Source: Anaeramoeba ignava BMAN (taxonomy: Eukaryota; Protista; Anaeramoebae). Taken from it: a stretch of 64,000 bases of DNA. Below are positions 40,461 to 52,900 of the stretch, piece after piece. Both the position numbers and the translations under genes were made by a program. The stretch spans positions 1,063,285 through 1,127,284 of the forward strand of contig JAPDFW010000092.1 of the NCBI GenBank assembly GCA_028826165.1, read 5' to 3'. Numbering within the stretch: the stretch's first letter is position 1; the number at the start of each line of letters is the position of its first letter. Under the pieces are notes generated by a model. It was given only the letters and a program-made list of their open reading frames with translations. It made no database searches and was not told where the DNA came from.

Positions 40461-40539
40461 TTCAATTCAAACTTCAAAAAACAAAAAAAATGAAAAAAAA
40501 AATGAAAAATTGAAAAGCAAAAAAAAAAATGAAAAGCGA

Positions 40540-41062
40540 AAAATTAAATCTAAAATTAAAATTAAAATTAAAATTAAAATTAAAATTAAAAATTAAAATT
40601 AAAATTAAAATTAAAATTAAAATTAAAATTAAAATTAAAATTAAAATTAAAATTAAAATTAAAATTAAAATTAAATTTAAAATTAAAATTAAAATTAAAA
40701 TTAAAATTAAAAATTAATTTATAAAATTAAAATTAAAATTAAAATCAAAATCAAAATCAAAATCAAAATTAAAATTAAAATTAAAATTAAAATTAAAATT
40801 AAAATTAAAATTTAAAATTAAAATTTAAAATTAAAATTAAAATTAAAATTAAAATTAAAATTTAAAATTAAAATTAAAATTAAAATTAAGATTAAAATTA
40901 AAATTAAAATTAAAATTAAAATTAAAATTAAAATTAAATTTAAAATTAAAATTAAAATTAAAAATTAAAATTAAAATTAAAATTAAAATTAAATCTAAAA
41001 TTAAAATTAAAATTAAAATTAAAATTAAAATTAAAATTAAAATCAAAATTAAAATCAAAATC
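40540..41062. repeat. (AAAATT)n microsatellite, intergenic
   Basis: Directly visible. A related TTTTGA/TTTAAATTGA array lies at ~38720-39140. Confidence 0.85.
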
Positions 41063-41135
41063 AAGTTTATTCCAAAAAAAAAAGTAAAAAAAAAGAAAAA
41101 AAGAAAAGAAAAGAAAAGAAAAGAAAGTGAAAAAA

Positions 41136-42521
41136 TCACTTCTTGAAAACGCAATTTTGTCCAAATTGACAACTTTGTGAATATGATGAATTCTTTCCAA
41201 TAGTTGAATTACTTCCAATTTTGCAATTTTGTGAAAATTTGCAATTATCTCCAAAAAAACAATTTTCTCCAAAAACACAATTTTGACTAAATTTGCAACT
41301 CTTTCCAAAAGTAGTATTATTTCCAAAAATTGAATTTTGAGCAAAAACAGAAGAATTTCCAAAAGTAGTTTGATTTTTAAATTCACAACCTTGATCGAAT
41401 TTAGAACTTGATCCAAAAACACAAAGATTTCCCCATTTAGATAATTGTCCAAATTTAGAACTTGATCCAAAAACACAAGAATCACCAAAATGACATAATT
41501 GACCAAATTTGGAACTTGATCCAAAAATTGTGGAATTAGGAAAAGTTGAATTTTGAGGGAATTTCATGCCTGATTTATAAATTGCTCGAGAAGCTCCATT
41601 TTGTCCAAATGATTGTGAATTATTTTGTTGATTTTGTTGATTTTGTTGATTTTGTTGATTTTGTTGATTTTGTGTTTGTGAATTATATTGATATTCTTCA
41701 AATCGTGGTGTTTCGTGAACTTGACTGTATCTTTGTTCGTGAACACTTACTCTTGGTTGTGTTACATTGAATGAATAAGTAAATGAATGTGGTTGATTTG
41801 ATTGAAATTGAAATGAATTAAATGGAAATTGTGTAAATTGAGAATAATCATCATCATCGTCATCATCATCATCACCAAAAAATTGAAATTGTGTTTGTGT
41901 TTGTGTTTGTGTTTGTCCTTGATTATTTGAGAAAACTTGAGAGAAAACATTGTTGATAAAATTGGAAACATCTTGTCCAATTTGATTTGTTGATGTAAAT
42001 TGAAAATTTTGGTTTTGAAAATTTTGATTTTGATTTTGATTTGGATTTGGATTTGGATTTTGTTGTTGATAAGTTTGTTGTTGTTGATAAAATTGATTTG
42101 GATTTGGATTTGGATTTTGATAACTTTGTTGTTGTTGTTGTTGATAATTTTGATTTGGATTTTGATAATTTTGTTGTTGGTAATTTTGTTGTTGATAATT
42201 TTGTTGTTGATAATTTTGTTGTTGATAATTTTGATTTGGATTTTGATAATTTTGTTGTTGATAATTTTGTTGAGGATTCGCATATGTTTCTTCTTGTTTT
42301 GCTCTTGTCATTAAATGTATCGTATTTCCTTTTTGAATGTTATAAAATTGTATTGTTTGTGAATCCATTAATTTTCTTCCAGCAAAAATTAATGTCATCT
42401 CTTGGTTTTGAAGAAGTAATTTATCACTAATTTTCTTTTTCAATTCGGTAATTGTTTCTTTAGGTTCAACTTCCAATTCATGTTTTTCTGTTTTTGAAAC
42501 TTGTAAAATAAAAATTTTCAT
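41136..42521 (-). CDS. Ubiquitin-like domain + Q/N/Y-rich region + C-terminal hexapeptide (FGxxC/Sx) repeat protein, ~461 aa
   Basis: MKIFILQ..LEVEPKETITELKKKI..LIFAGRKLMDSQTIQFYNIQKGNTIHL (UBL); QQNY repeats; about 20 six-residue repeats such as FGSSSK FGQLCH FGDSCV. Likely start is ATG 42521. Confidence 0.8.
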   Translation of the reverse strand: MKIFILQVSKTEKHELEVEPKETITELKKKISDKLLLQNQEMTLIFAGRKLMDSQTIQFYNIQKGNTIHLMTRAKQEETYANPQQNYQQQNYQNPNQNYQQQNYQQQNYQQQNYQQQNYQNPNQNYQQQQQQSYQNPNPNPNQFYQQQQTYQQQNPNPNPNQNQNQNFQNQNFQFTSTNQIGQDVSNFINNVFSQVFSNNQGQTQTQTQTQFQFFGDDDDDDDDDYSQFTQFPFNSFQFQSNQPHSFTYSFNVTQPRVSVHEQRYSQVHETPRFEEYQYNSQTQNQQNQQNQQNQQNQQNNSQSFGQNGASRAIYKSGMKFPQNSTFPNSTIFGSSSKFGQLCHFGDSCVFGSSSKFGQLSKWGNLCVFGSSSKFDQGCEFKNQTTFGNSSVFAQNSIFGNNTTFGKSCKFSQNCVFGENCFFGDNCKFSQNCKIGSNSTIGKNSSYSQSCQFGQNCVFKK

Positions 42522-42625
42522 TTTGTAAAAATTAAAAAAAAAAATGAAAAAAAATGAAAAATAAAAATTAAAAAAATTTTTTTTCATTTTTTCTTTCTTT
42601 TTTTTTTATTAAATTAAATTAAAAA

Positions 42626-45600
42626 ATGCCAAGAAAAAATAAATACAGTAAAAAAACAAATACAAAATCAAAAAAACCACAAAAAAAACAACAAACACAA
42701 AAATCACCAACAAAATCCAAACAGAAAACACATACAAATACAGGATTCATTGGATTTTCAGCATTTAATTCAAACGAACCAAGTAAAAACACAACAATCA
42801 ATCCGCAATTTGGAATGAATTTTAGTTTGAATGATTTAGATTTTTTAAAACCAGAAATGCGGATTATTTTTAAGAAATTTGCAAAACAAGATCCAACAAC
42901 AATATTAAAGGGAATGCAAGACTTTTTATCATTTGTGAATCAAGAATCAAACACACAGAATATTGTCCAACTTCTTCCTTATTGGACAAAAGTGTTTACA
43001 TTTCTAGCAATTTCAGTTGAAAGAAAAGTGCGTGAATTTACGTTCATCATTTTTATCCAAATTTTTCCAAAAAATTCGAAAGGAAATTTCGCCTTTTCTT
43101 CATGATATCATTCCCATTTGGTTTTGTGCTCAAAATGACCCAGCAAATGAAGTCAGAAAATTATCCAAACAAGCTTTTGAAATGGCTTTTCCAAAATTCC
43201 AAAATAGAATTAATGTTCTTAATTTTTGTTTTAAGGATTTTCTTCTTTATTTTCAAAACACTTTGAAATTGACTGTTTCTACTATTTCAAATCCAAGAAT
43301 TACTGAGAAAGAAAAAAGACAAGAAATGTATGAGAGAATAATTTCAGCCGCAATTAAAACTCTCTCTTTACTCATCCAAACACTCCAAGAAAATCATGAA
43401 TTAGTTGATGATATTTCTTTTGAAAAAGAAAAAACTTTTAATTCACGAATTGAAAGTAACTCCAAAATTCTCCCAGATTTTAAAGATATTTTAATGGATT
43501 GCTTCTCTAATTTTATTGTTTCTGAATTCGCATCAATACGAACTGCAGCATTCCATTTATTGATGGTTGTTACAGATAATTTAGACAATGTGATCCAAAG
43601 CAATTCGCAAATTTTTCAATATTTTTTAATAGCTGCATTTACTGCTTTTAAAATGGAAAAAGACGCAAAAGTTCATCAAGAAATGTGGGAATTTATATTA
43701 ATATTTTTGAAAAAATTTTCAGAAAAGGCTTGGGATTTAATACAAAACGAAAATAATGAAAATAATGAAAATAATGAAAATAATGAAAAAGAAAAAGAAA
43801 AAGAAAATAACAAAAAAAGCAGAAAACCCAAATATCAAAATCGAAAGAAAATTCAATACACATTCGACACTATTCCAACACCAAAATCTATATTCCAATC
43901 TCTTTTTCATTTCATTCAAAACGATTGCTATAATTCATCCCAATATTCTTATTCGTGTCTACTTCCATTCATTAATTACATTCCTAAAAATCTCATTTAT
44001 CAATCTTTTCTTGAAAATTTCTTCAACTCTTTGTGGTATCCAATCGAAAAACCAAATGCGAAAATCATCACAAAACAAACAAAACCGCTCATTTCGGCTT
44101 GGCAAGAATGTACTTCCTATTTTCTATCACAAAATCAAAATGATCAATTCTCATTATTCATTCATAAGACACAAATTTTGGCCATTTTCCCTAAAATATT
44201 TCAATATAAAAATGAATATTTGGCAAATCAATTCATACATATCCTTTCTAAAAGACAAATCCCAGAAGAAATTTGGAAACCTTTAGAAATCTCCATTTTC
44301 GAACAAATACAATCTAAACAAATTCTTCTTTTTGAATATTCCCCAAAATTTTTAAGAGAAATCAAGAAAATACCAGATTGTAAGATTAATTTCTCACGTA
44401 TTGAAGAAGAGTTTATTGCCAGTTTAATGCAAAATATCAAGGAAAATGCGGTTTTATTATCTTTCTTTGACGAAGAGAATATCACAAAAAGCAAATGGGA
44501 AAAAATATTGAATCAGACAATTTCAATTTCAGAAAATGAAAACAATGATTATATACTGCAAATTGATAATGTGATTCAACTAATCAAATTTTCATCTCAT
44601 TTTCTACAAAATATCATTTCTAAAGAAGGGAAAATATCGATTCTTGAAAATTACATATTCGAAGCCATTTCTAAACAAGTAAAAGGAAACTTAGAAACTT
44701 TATTCGAGCTTTGTCTTAATTCCTCTCTTTTATCAGAAGATATGCTCTTAAAAATTGAGGAATATTTTATTAATAACCTTGAAAAATTGGATCCTTTATC
44801 ACTTATTGTGCCAATTCTTACTTATATATTTCCCGAAGGATCTGAACTTAAGAATTGGCAATTTAAATTACTTTTAAAATTTTTTAGTAAATGTGATTTC
44901 CATGAAAAAGACAACGATCAAAATCAAGGTCAAGACGAGGATCAAGAAATTGATAACAAGCTTATAAATGAAATTATAAACGAAAATATAAACGAAAATA
45001 TAAACGAAAATATAAACGAAAATACAAACGAAAATATAAACGAGAATATAAACGAAAATGAAGTGCATTTCCTTCGGGAAGAAGATCGTATCAAATTATT
45101 CCAAATGGACAAATTCCAACAACTTCCATTTGAGGAAGTCAAAGAAGAAGATGATTATTATGATAGTTATATTGAAGATATTTGGGATATAATTATTGAA
45201 ACATTTCCCAAAAAATTTAACACTGATTATTTCGGCACAGAATTTCGAAAGCAAATACTAGAATATATAATATCAATACATAACCACCAGGGAAGCGGAA
45301 TAAATCAAGTTTATCATTTAATCACAGATTTGTGTTTTAATATTGAACAACAGCTTGAAGTTCTCATTAATCTATGCCAAATACAACCCAATTATTCAAC
45401 ATTGGTTCTTCTTTTCCATTTAATAGAAATTATTGGAGCAGATGAATATCTCAAATCAGTTGAATTTCTTCAAGGAATTATTGATATTCAAGCTTTCTTA
45501 TTTGATGAACACCAAAGAATACTACTTTTACTTGAGCCACAAACACAAAAAAATCAAATTCATGAAATACTTACAGATATTGTGTTCCCATTTCTCGAGA

Positions 45601-47633
45601 AAGAAGAAAACGAGAAAGTTTTGGATGAATTGATCCAAAAAGGCTTGAAAAATGCAGAAGAAAAAGGAGGAAGTCATATTTTAAGTGTTTCAATAATTCT
45701 TCATAATTTGCCAAATATTTGGAAAATCAAGTCGTTGCCAAAATTTTTGGAAGAAAAAACAAACTATTTTATGCAACTTATGGTTTCGGAAGAAAAACAA
45801 ACACAATCAAATATTCCCTTTTTACTTTGCGCTTCAATAACTACCTCGATGATTGGAAACGAGGATTTTTTGGAAATTATTTATGCAATGAATTACACAC
45901 AATTTTTGAGTTTGTCTTTCGATAATGCAAACATATCCAAAGCTTTGCAACATCTCGAAATGATGAGTATTTGTCTTTGCAAAGATGCCCATATTGATAC
46001 TGAACTTATTTCTCATATTGTGAAATGGCACAATCTTTCATCAGAAAATCTTGGGTTTATTTCTTCTTTTTGGAAATTATACAATCACAAAATGAATCAA
46101 AAACAAGAAATTCAAGAATTACAAGAAATTCAAGAATTATCAACATCAAAAGATATTGCACAACATTTCACTTTTTACAATCCAAAAATTATCCCAGTAT
46201 TTTTCTCCAAGCTATGTTTCATCTCAATTAGAAAATTATTCCTATTTATTGTTGTATCGGTTTTTTGTGTTTTAAATAATTTGGATCCAGATCAATTTGA
46301 TTCACAAACTGAGAATTTTGTACTTAAATTTTTCTTGAATTTGAACAATTTAAATGAAGCTAATATTAAGAAAATGGAAGCGATTCTTTGGATTTTAGTT
46401 GATATCATCCCAATTATGCCCATGGACAATTTCCGCAAATTATTTGTGAGTGAAATACAAGACAATTTATCAATTCAAAATCAAAATCAAAATCAAAATC
46501 AAAATCAAAATGAAAATGAAAATGAAAAATTTTATTTGAATGAAAAAAATATTCTTGTCGACTATTTCTTTAATATGCTTTTTTCACCCAATAAAAGCAT
46601 ACAATTTGCAACTGCAACATTTGTTCGAAATATTTGTTATAAATCGGAAATTCTTGATATTTTGCAATTGACTATTGACAAAATGCAAAGAAATAAATAC
46701 ATCAAAAACTTGAACAATTTCCACAAGAAACTTCAAGACAATTTCAAAGCAGATATTTATCGAAGAGAAAACGAATACAACTCCTTTTTAGTAGTTTGGG
46801 AAATTGCGCTTGATTTTCTGGATTCAAATTTTTCAGAACAAGAAAAAGGAACAGGTTTCATTGACAAAATTCGATCACACTATGCACCACATTTTTTTAA
46901 TCTTCTCTTACTAATAACACAAGTAGAAATTGGGCTCGAACAAGCAGAAACATATGCACAATCAAAACAGTATTTGGAAACAAAGGAATCAAATTCACTT
47001 CGAAAATATTCATCGCAACTTTTATTTCTTACATTTGTCAAATTCCCATCAACAATAAGATTCTGGTTTTCATCAATCACATCATCACGATTGAGTCGGA
47101 AAGTGCAACGGTTTGTGATGAATAATATCAGCCCAATTCTCATACAAAAGGAACTAGATGAAGTATCGAAAATGCCTCAAAAATCAAATCAAGTGATTCA
47201 TGTTGACAAAAAAAGAAGAGAAATCACGATTATTTACAAACATGAAGAATTCACACTTGAGATTGCTGTTGAGTTACCAAAAGATTATCCTCTTCGTTTG
47301 ATTCGCATTAATCCAAGTAGATTGCTTGGTGTTGAGAAAGTGTGGCGAAAATGGATTTATTCAATGATCCAAATTTTTTCAACTCAAGATCAAAAAATTG
47401 TCAATGTGATTCGTTATTGGTTCAAAAATGTTCACAAACGGTTTGAAGGAAGAGAGCCTTGTCCTATTTGTTATTCTATTGTTCATCTCACTGACAAATC
47501 TTTACCGCGTCTGACTTGCCAAACTTGTCATCATAAGTTTCATGCTATTTGCTTATATAAATGGTTTGAGACATCTGTAAAAGATGCTCCTGATTGTCCT
47601 TTGTGCAGAAGTGTTTGGGTTACAAAAAATTGA
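42626..47633 (+). CDS. LTN1: E3 ubiquitin ligase listerin (Ltn1/Rkr1), one frameshift near 43050-43080
   Basis: N-terminal GFIGF, KKFAKQDPTTILKGM, V.RKVRE, W..AQNDP..EV..AFE.AFP; C-terminal RWD (LPKDYPLR) and RING FEGREPCPICYSIVH..LP..CQTCHHKFHAICLYKWF..CPLCR. Confidence 0.95.
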
Positions 47634-47709
47634 TTGATTTTCTTAGACTTTTTTTTTTTTGATAAAGATGAGAAAAAAACTAATTAATTAATAAAAATTA
47701 CATCTTAAA

Positions 47710-49050
47710 TAATCAATTTTATTATTTAATTAATATTTAATTTATTATTTATTTATAATTTATTTATATTTATATTTTTATATTAATTTCCAAATTAAAT
47801 ATTAATTAATTATTATTTAATATTTTGATTAAATTATTATTTAAATATTTTAATCAATTTTATTTCATTATTTAATTAATATTTAATTTATTATTTATTT
47901 ATATTTTATTTATATTTATAATTTTATATTAATTTGTAAATTAAATATTAATTAATTATTATTAAATATTTTGATTAAATTATTAATTAAATATTTTGAT
48001 TAATTTTATTTCATTATTTAATTAATATTTAATTTATTATTTATTTATATTTTATTTATATTTATAATTTTATATTAATTTCCAAATTAAATATTAATTA
48101 ATTATTATTTAATATTTTTGATTAAATTATTAATTAAATATTTTAATTAATTTTATTTCATTATTTAATTAATATTTAATTTATTATTTATTTATAATTT
48201 ATTTATATTTATAAATTTATATTAATTTCTAAATTAAATATTAATTAATTATTATTAAATATTTTGATTAAATAATTAATTAAATATTTTAATTAATTTA
48301 TTTCATTATTTAATTAATAATTAATTTATAATTTATTTATATTTTTATTTTTATTTATAATTTTATATTAATTTCCAAATTAAATATTAATTAATTATTA
48401 TTTAATATTTTGATTAAATTATTAATTAAATATTTTTAATTAATTTTATTTCATTATTTTAATTAATAATTAATTTATTATTTATTTATATTTTTATTTT
48501 TATTTATAATTTTATATTAATTTCCAAATTAAATATTAATTAATTATTATTTAATTTTTTGATTAAAATTATTAATTAAATATTTTGATCAATTTATTTA
48601 ATTATTTAATTAATATTTAATTTATTATTTATTTATAATTTATTTATATTTATAATTTTATATTAATTTTTAAATTAAATATTTATTGATTATTATTAAA
48701 TATTTTGATTAAATTATTAATTAAATATTTTAATTAATTTTATTTCATTATTTAATTAATATTTAATTTATTATTTATTTATATTTTATTTATATTTATA
48801 ATTTTATATTAATTTCCAAATTAAATATTAATTAATTATTATTAAATATTTTGATTAAATTATTAATTAAATATTTTAATTAATTTTATTTCATTATTTA
48901 ATTAATGTTTAATTTAATATTTATTTATATTTTTATTTATATTTATAATTTTATATTAATTTTTAAATTAAATATTAATTAATTATTATTTAATATTTTG
49001 ATTAAATTATTAATTAAATATTTTATTTATTTTTATTTCATTATTTAAAA
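47710..49050. repeat. AT-rich tandem satellite, ~146-bp unit, ~9 copies
   Basis: Marker (TCC/TCT/TGT)AAATTAAATATTAATTAATTATTA at ~47790, 47936, 48082, 48229, 48375, 48524, 48670, 48816, 48962. Confidence 0.88.
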
Positions 49051-49179
49051 TAATTTTAATTTATTATTCAATTTAGAATTAAATTTAAAATTATATTTTA
49101 TTGATATTTTTATTATTAAATTTATACTTTTTAATTCAAAAATATTATTATTTTATTATTAAATTTTTTGATCAGTTTT

Positions 49180-49740
49180 ATTTCATTTTATTAAATTAAA
49201 TTAAAAAGAAAATAAAAGAAAAAATTTTTTTTTCGAATTCAAAAGAAAGACGAATTATAATTAATTTTTAAAAAGAAAAGAAAAAACAAAAAACAAAATT
49301 CCTAAAAGAAAAAAAAAAATTTTTTTTAACTTTTTTTTGAATAGAATAGAGTTGAAAAGGAACTTGCTTTTATTTTAATTTCTTTTCTAAATTAAAAAGA
49401 AAGATCAGTTTTAATTAAATTTTTTTCTTATTCATTTGGGCAAAATTATTTTATTTTATTAAATTAAATTAAAAAGAAAATAAAAGAAAAAATTTTTTTT
49501 TCAAATTCAAAAGAAAGACAAATTATAATTAATTTTTAAAAAGAAAAGAAAAAGCAAAAAACAAAATTCATTAAAAGAAAAAAAAAAAATTTTTTTTTAA
49601 CTTTTTTTTGAATACAATAGAGTTGAAAAAGGAACTTGCCTTTTATTTTAATTTCTTTTCTAAATTAAAAAGAAAGATCAGTTTTAATTAAATTTATTTT
49701 AATTCATTTGGGCAAATCTATTTTATTAAATCTAAAAAGA
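49180..49740. repeat. Direct repeat of ~268 bp (2 copies) upstream of the surface-protein gene
   Basis: AAAGAAAGAC..., GAGTTGAAAA(A)GGAACTTGC and CATTTGGGCAAA each occur twice. One copy also lies at ~58790-59060. Confidence 0.8.
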
Positions 49741-49909
49741 AATAAAAGAAAACAAAAAAATTTTTTTTCAATTCATTTCTCTTTTCATTTTAAAATGTAA
49801 ATCTTTCTTTTGTTTTTTTGTTATTTTTTTTGCCAGATGAAAAACAAATTATTTATTCAATTAACTAAACTTGTTGTTTTATTTTTAAATAGTTTTAAAA
49901 CACAAAAGA

Positions 49910-52900
49910 ATGGCAAATTCAAAACAGTTCTTATTCATTTTTGCTTTGATTCTCTTCTTATTTGGATTAACTCAAACTCATCAAGCTTATTCATCATCAT
50001 CATCAAATGGATTGAAAGATTCTTATTCTTGGGAATTAGCACAAACTATTACATCTCCTGATTCTTCTACAACTTTTGGATTTAGTGTTTCTCTTTCTCC
50101 AACTATTTCTGTTATTGGTGATCCAAGTAAAGCAAAAGTATTGATTTATCAACTTGAAGATGGAAATTGGAATTCTTTTCAAAATATAACTCGATCTGAT
50201 TATCCAAGTTATGGTTGGAGTGTTGCAGTTTCTCAAGATGGATTGACTACAGCTACTGGATCTCCAGATAACACATGCTTTTTTCCTTATTATTATGATG
50301 GCAGTAATTATGTATATGGTTGGCTCCCTGAAGAAGATTCTGATCCAGAAATTATATCAGAGGGATTAAAAGGAGCTTTTACATTTGGATCAAATATGGC
50401 TATTTCAACTTATGTGAAAACTCAGTTTGTAGGAGCATCTGATTTCAATTACATACATATAGTATTTGGACCATATGAATATTTTGATTTATATGGAGCA
50501 TCAGGAGAAGGTTTAGGATGGGCAGTTGATATTTCGGAAAATCCTTTTGTTGCTGTTGCTTCTTGTCTTTCAGTTAAAAAAGTATATATTTACTCAGTTT
50601 CTCGCTCAACTGGATTTACATCTATTTTTAATATTACATCAACTTTGGATGGATTTGGGAATGATGTTGCAATTTCAAATGATGGGAATGTTGTTGTTGT
50701 TGCTGCAATGGAATCAAATACAGTTGTTATTTACAGAAGATCTGGAGATAATTGGAATGAAGAAAAAGTTCTTTCAGTTGATTCTTCAAATTTTGGATCT
50801 TCAGTTTCAATTTCAGAAGATGGGAATATAGTTGTTGTTGGAGCTAATTTAACAGATGAAGTATATATCTATAGTTATTCTAATTCAGATTGGAATGAAG
50901 AAAAAGTACTTTCAGGTGCAAGTAGTTTTGGAACTGATGTTTCAATTTCAGGAGATATCCTTCTTGTTTCAGCTCCTCAATCAAATGAAGTTTCATATTT
51001 TAATAGAACATATATCCCTCCTCCTCCTCCTTGGGGTTTAAAACAAACAATTACATCTCCTGATTCTTCTTCAACTTTTGGATTTAGTGTTTCTCTTTGC
51101 CCAAATATTTCTGTTATTGGTGATCCAAGTAAAACAAAAGCATTGGTTTATCAACTTGAAGATGGAAATTGGAATTCTTTTCAAAATATAACTCTATCTT
51201 ATTGTTCAAGTTTTGGTTGGGATGTTTCAGTTTCTGAAGATTCATTTATGCTTTTTGTTGGAGCTCCTGCTATGCCTGGCGCCACGGCTTATTATTTTGA
51301 TGGTAGTCAGTATATCTTTGGATCTCTTCCAACAGATGAAGTTATATATGATCCTCCAATTAATGGATTAATGGCTGATCCTACTCCATATGGTTGGAGT
51401 GTTGCAACTTCAGCATCTTTGAAAATGTATTTGACTGGAAAATCACAATCTAATCAGGTTTATGGTCGTATATATCCAAATTATTTTTATTATCCTGGAA
51501 TATCAGGAGAAGGATTAGGATGGGCAGTTGATATTTCAGAAAATCCTTCTATTGTTGTTGCTTCTTGTTTTTCAGTTAAAAAAGTATCTCTTCTTTCTGC
51601 TTCTAAAGTAACTGTAAGTGTATTTACATATATTTCTGATATTACATCAACTTTGGATGGATTTGGGAATGATGTTGCAATTTCAAATGATGGGAATGTT
51701 GTTGTTGTTGCTGCAATGGAATCAAATACAGTTGTTATTTACAGAAGATCTGGAGATAATTGGAATGAAGAAAAAGTTATTTCAGTTAATTCTTCAAATT
51801 TTGGATCTTCAGTTTCAATTTCAGAAGATGGTAATATAGTTGTTGTTGGAGCTAATTTAACAGATGAAGTATATATCTATAGTTATTCTAATTCAGATTG
51901 GAATGAAGAAAAAGTACTTTCAGGTGCAAGTAGTTTTGGAACTGATGTTTCAATTTCAGGAGATATCCTTCTTGTTTCAGCTCCTCAATCAAGAGAAGTT
52001 TCATATTTTAATAGAACATATATCCCTCCTCCTCCTCTTATTCCTCCTTTAGTTGAATTAATAAATTGTAGTTCTGGATATTCAGAATTTGAATGTTATT
52101 GGAATCAACCTGAAAATAATGTTTCTCTTTATTTTCAAAGTGATTATGGAAATGGTTATACTCAAATTATAAATCCTGTTTTTGATTTATCACAAAATGT
52201 TTTCTATCAAGAATTTAATTCATCAATTTATTTAGGAATTTATGGAAATAAAGAATATTTAATTCAACTTCAAGCTTGTAATTTAACAGAAGATGAATGT
52301 GGAGATCCTTCAGAATCAACAACTTTAAAAACAATGATTGATGGTGTTGAAGATTTTGAATTAATTGGATTAGCAGATTCTATTAATGTTTCATGGAATC
52401 TACCTAATGTAGAAATTATTGAAGAAGTTCCTCATCTTGATCATTATAAAATAGGTTATTTGTGTGAAAATATGGAAATTCCTGAATATTTGGATGTTGA
52501 TAATACTTCAACTTCTTATCAAATTACTGAATTGGAAGCTAGAAATGAATGTAATGTTTCAATATGTGCTTGTAGAACACCTTCATGTTCTGGAGATGAT
52601 GAAGGAGAAGTTGTTCATGATATAGTTCAAGTTGGATTTGGACCTGTTTTAAATCTTAAATGTTTAGTTTCAAATGTTTTAGATGTTAATTGTTCTTGGC
52701 TTACTCCTGAAAGTTCACAATCACCTTCTTATTATAATATCACTTATAAATCAAATTCATTTGAAGATGAAGAAGAATATCAACCAACTCAATTATATCA
52801 AAATTTTACAGTTAAACTTCCAAATCAATATTATCAAATCAATGTTTCTGCTTGTTCTTCAAATGGAGAATGTGGAAATATTTCATCAACTTCAGTTACA

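Noticed and set aside
43040-43105. Frameshift in LTN1 as programmed frameshifting or a pseudogene
   Set aside because: It sits among homopolymer runs in an otherwise intact conserved gene, and similar indels occur across the window. Most likely a sequencing error.
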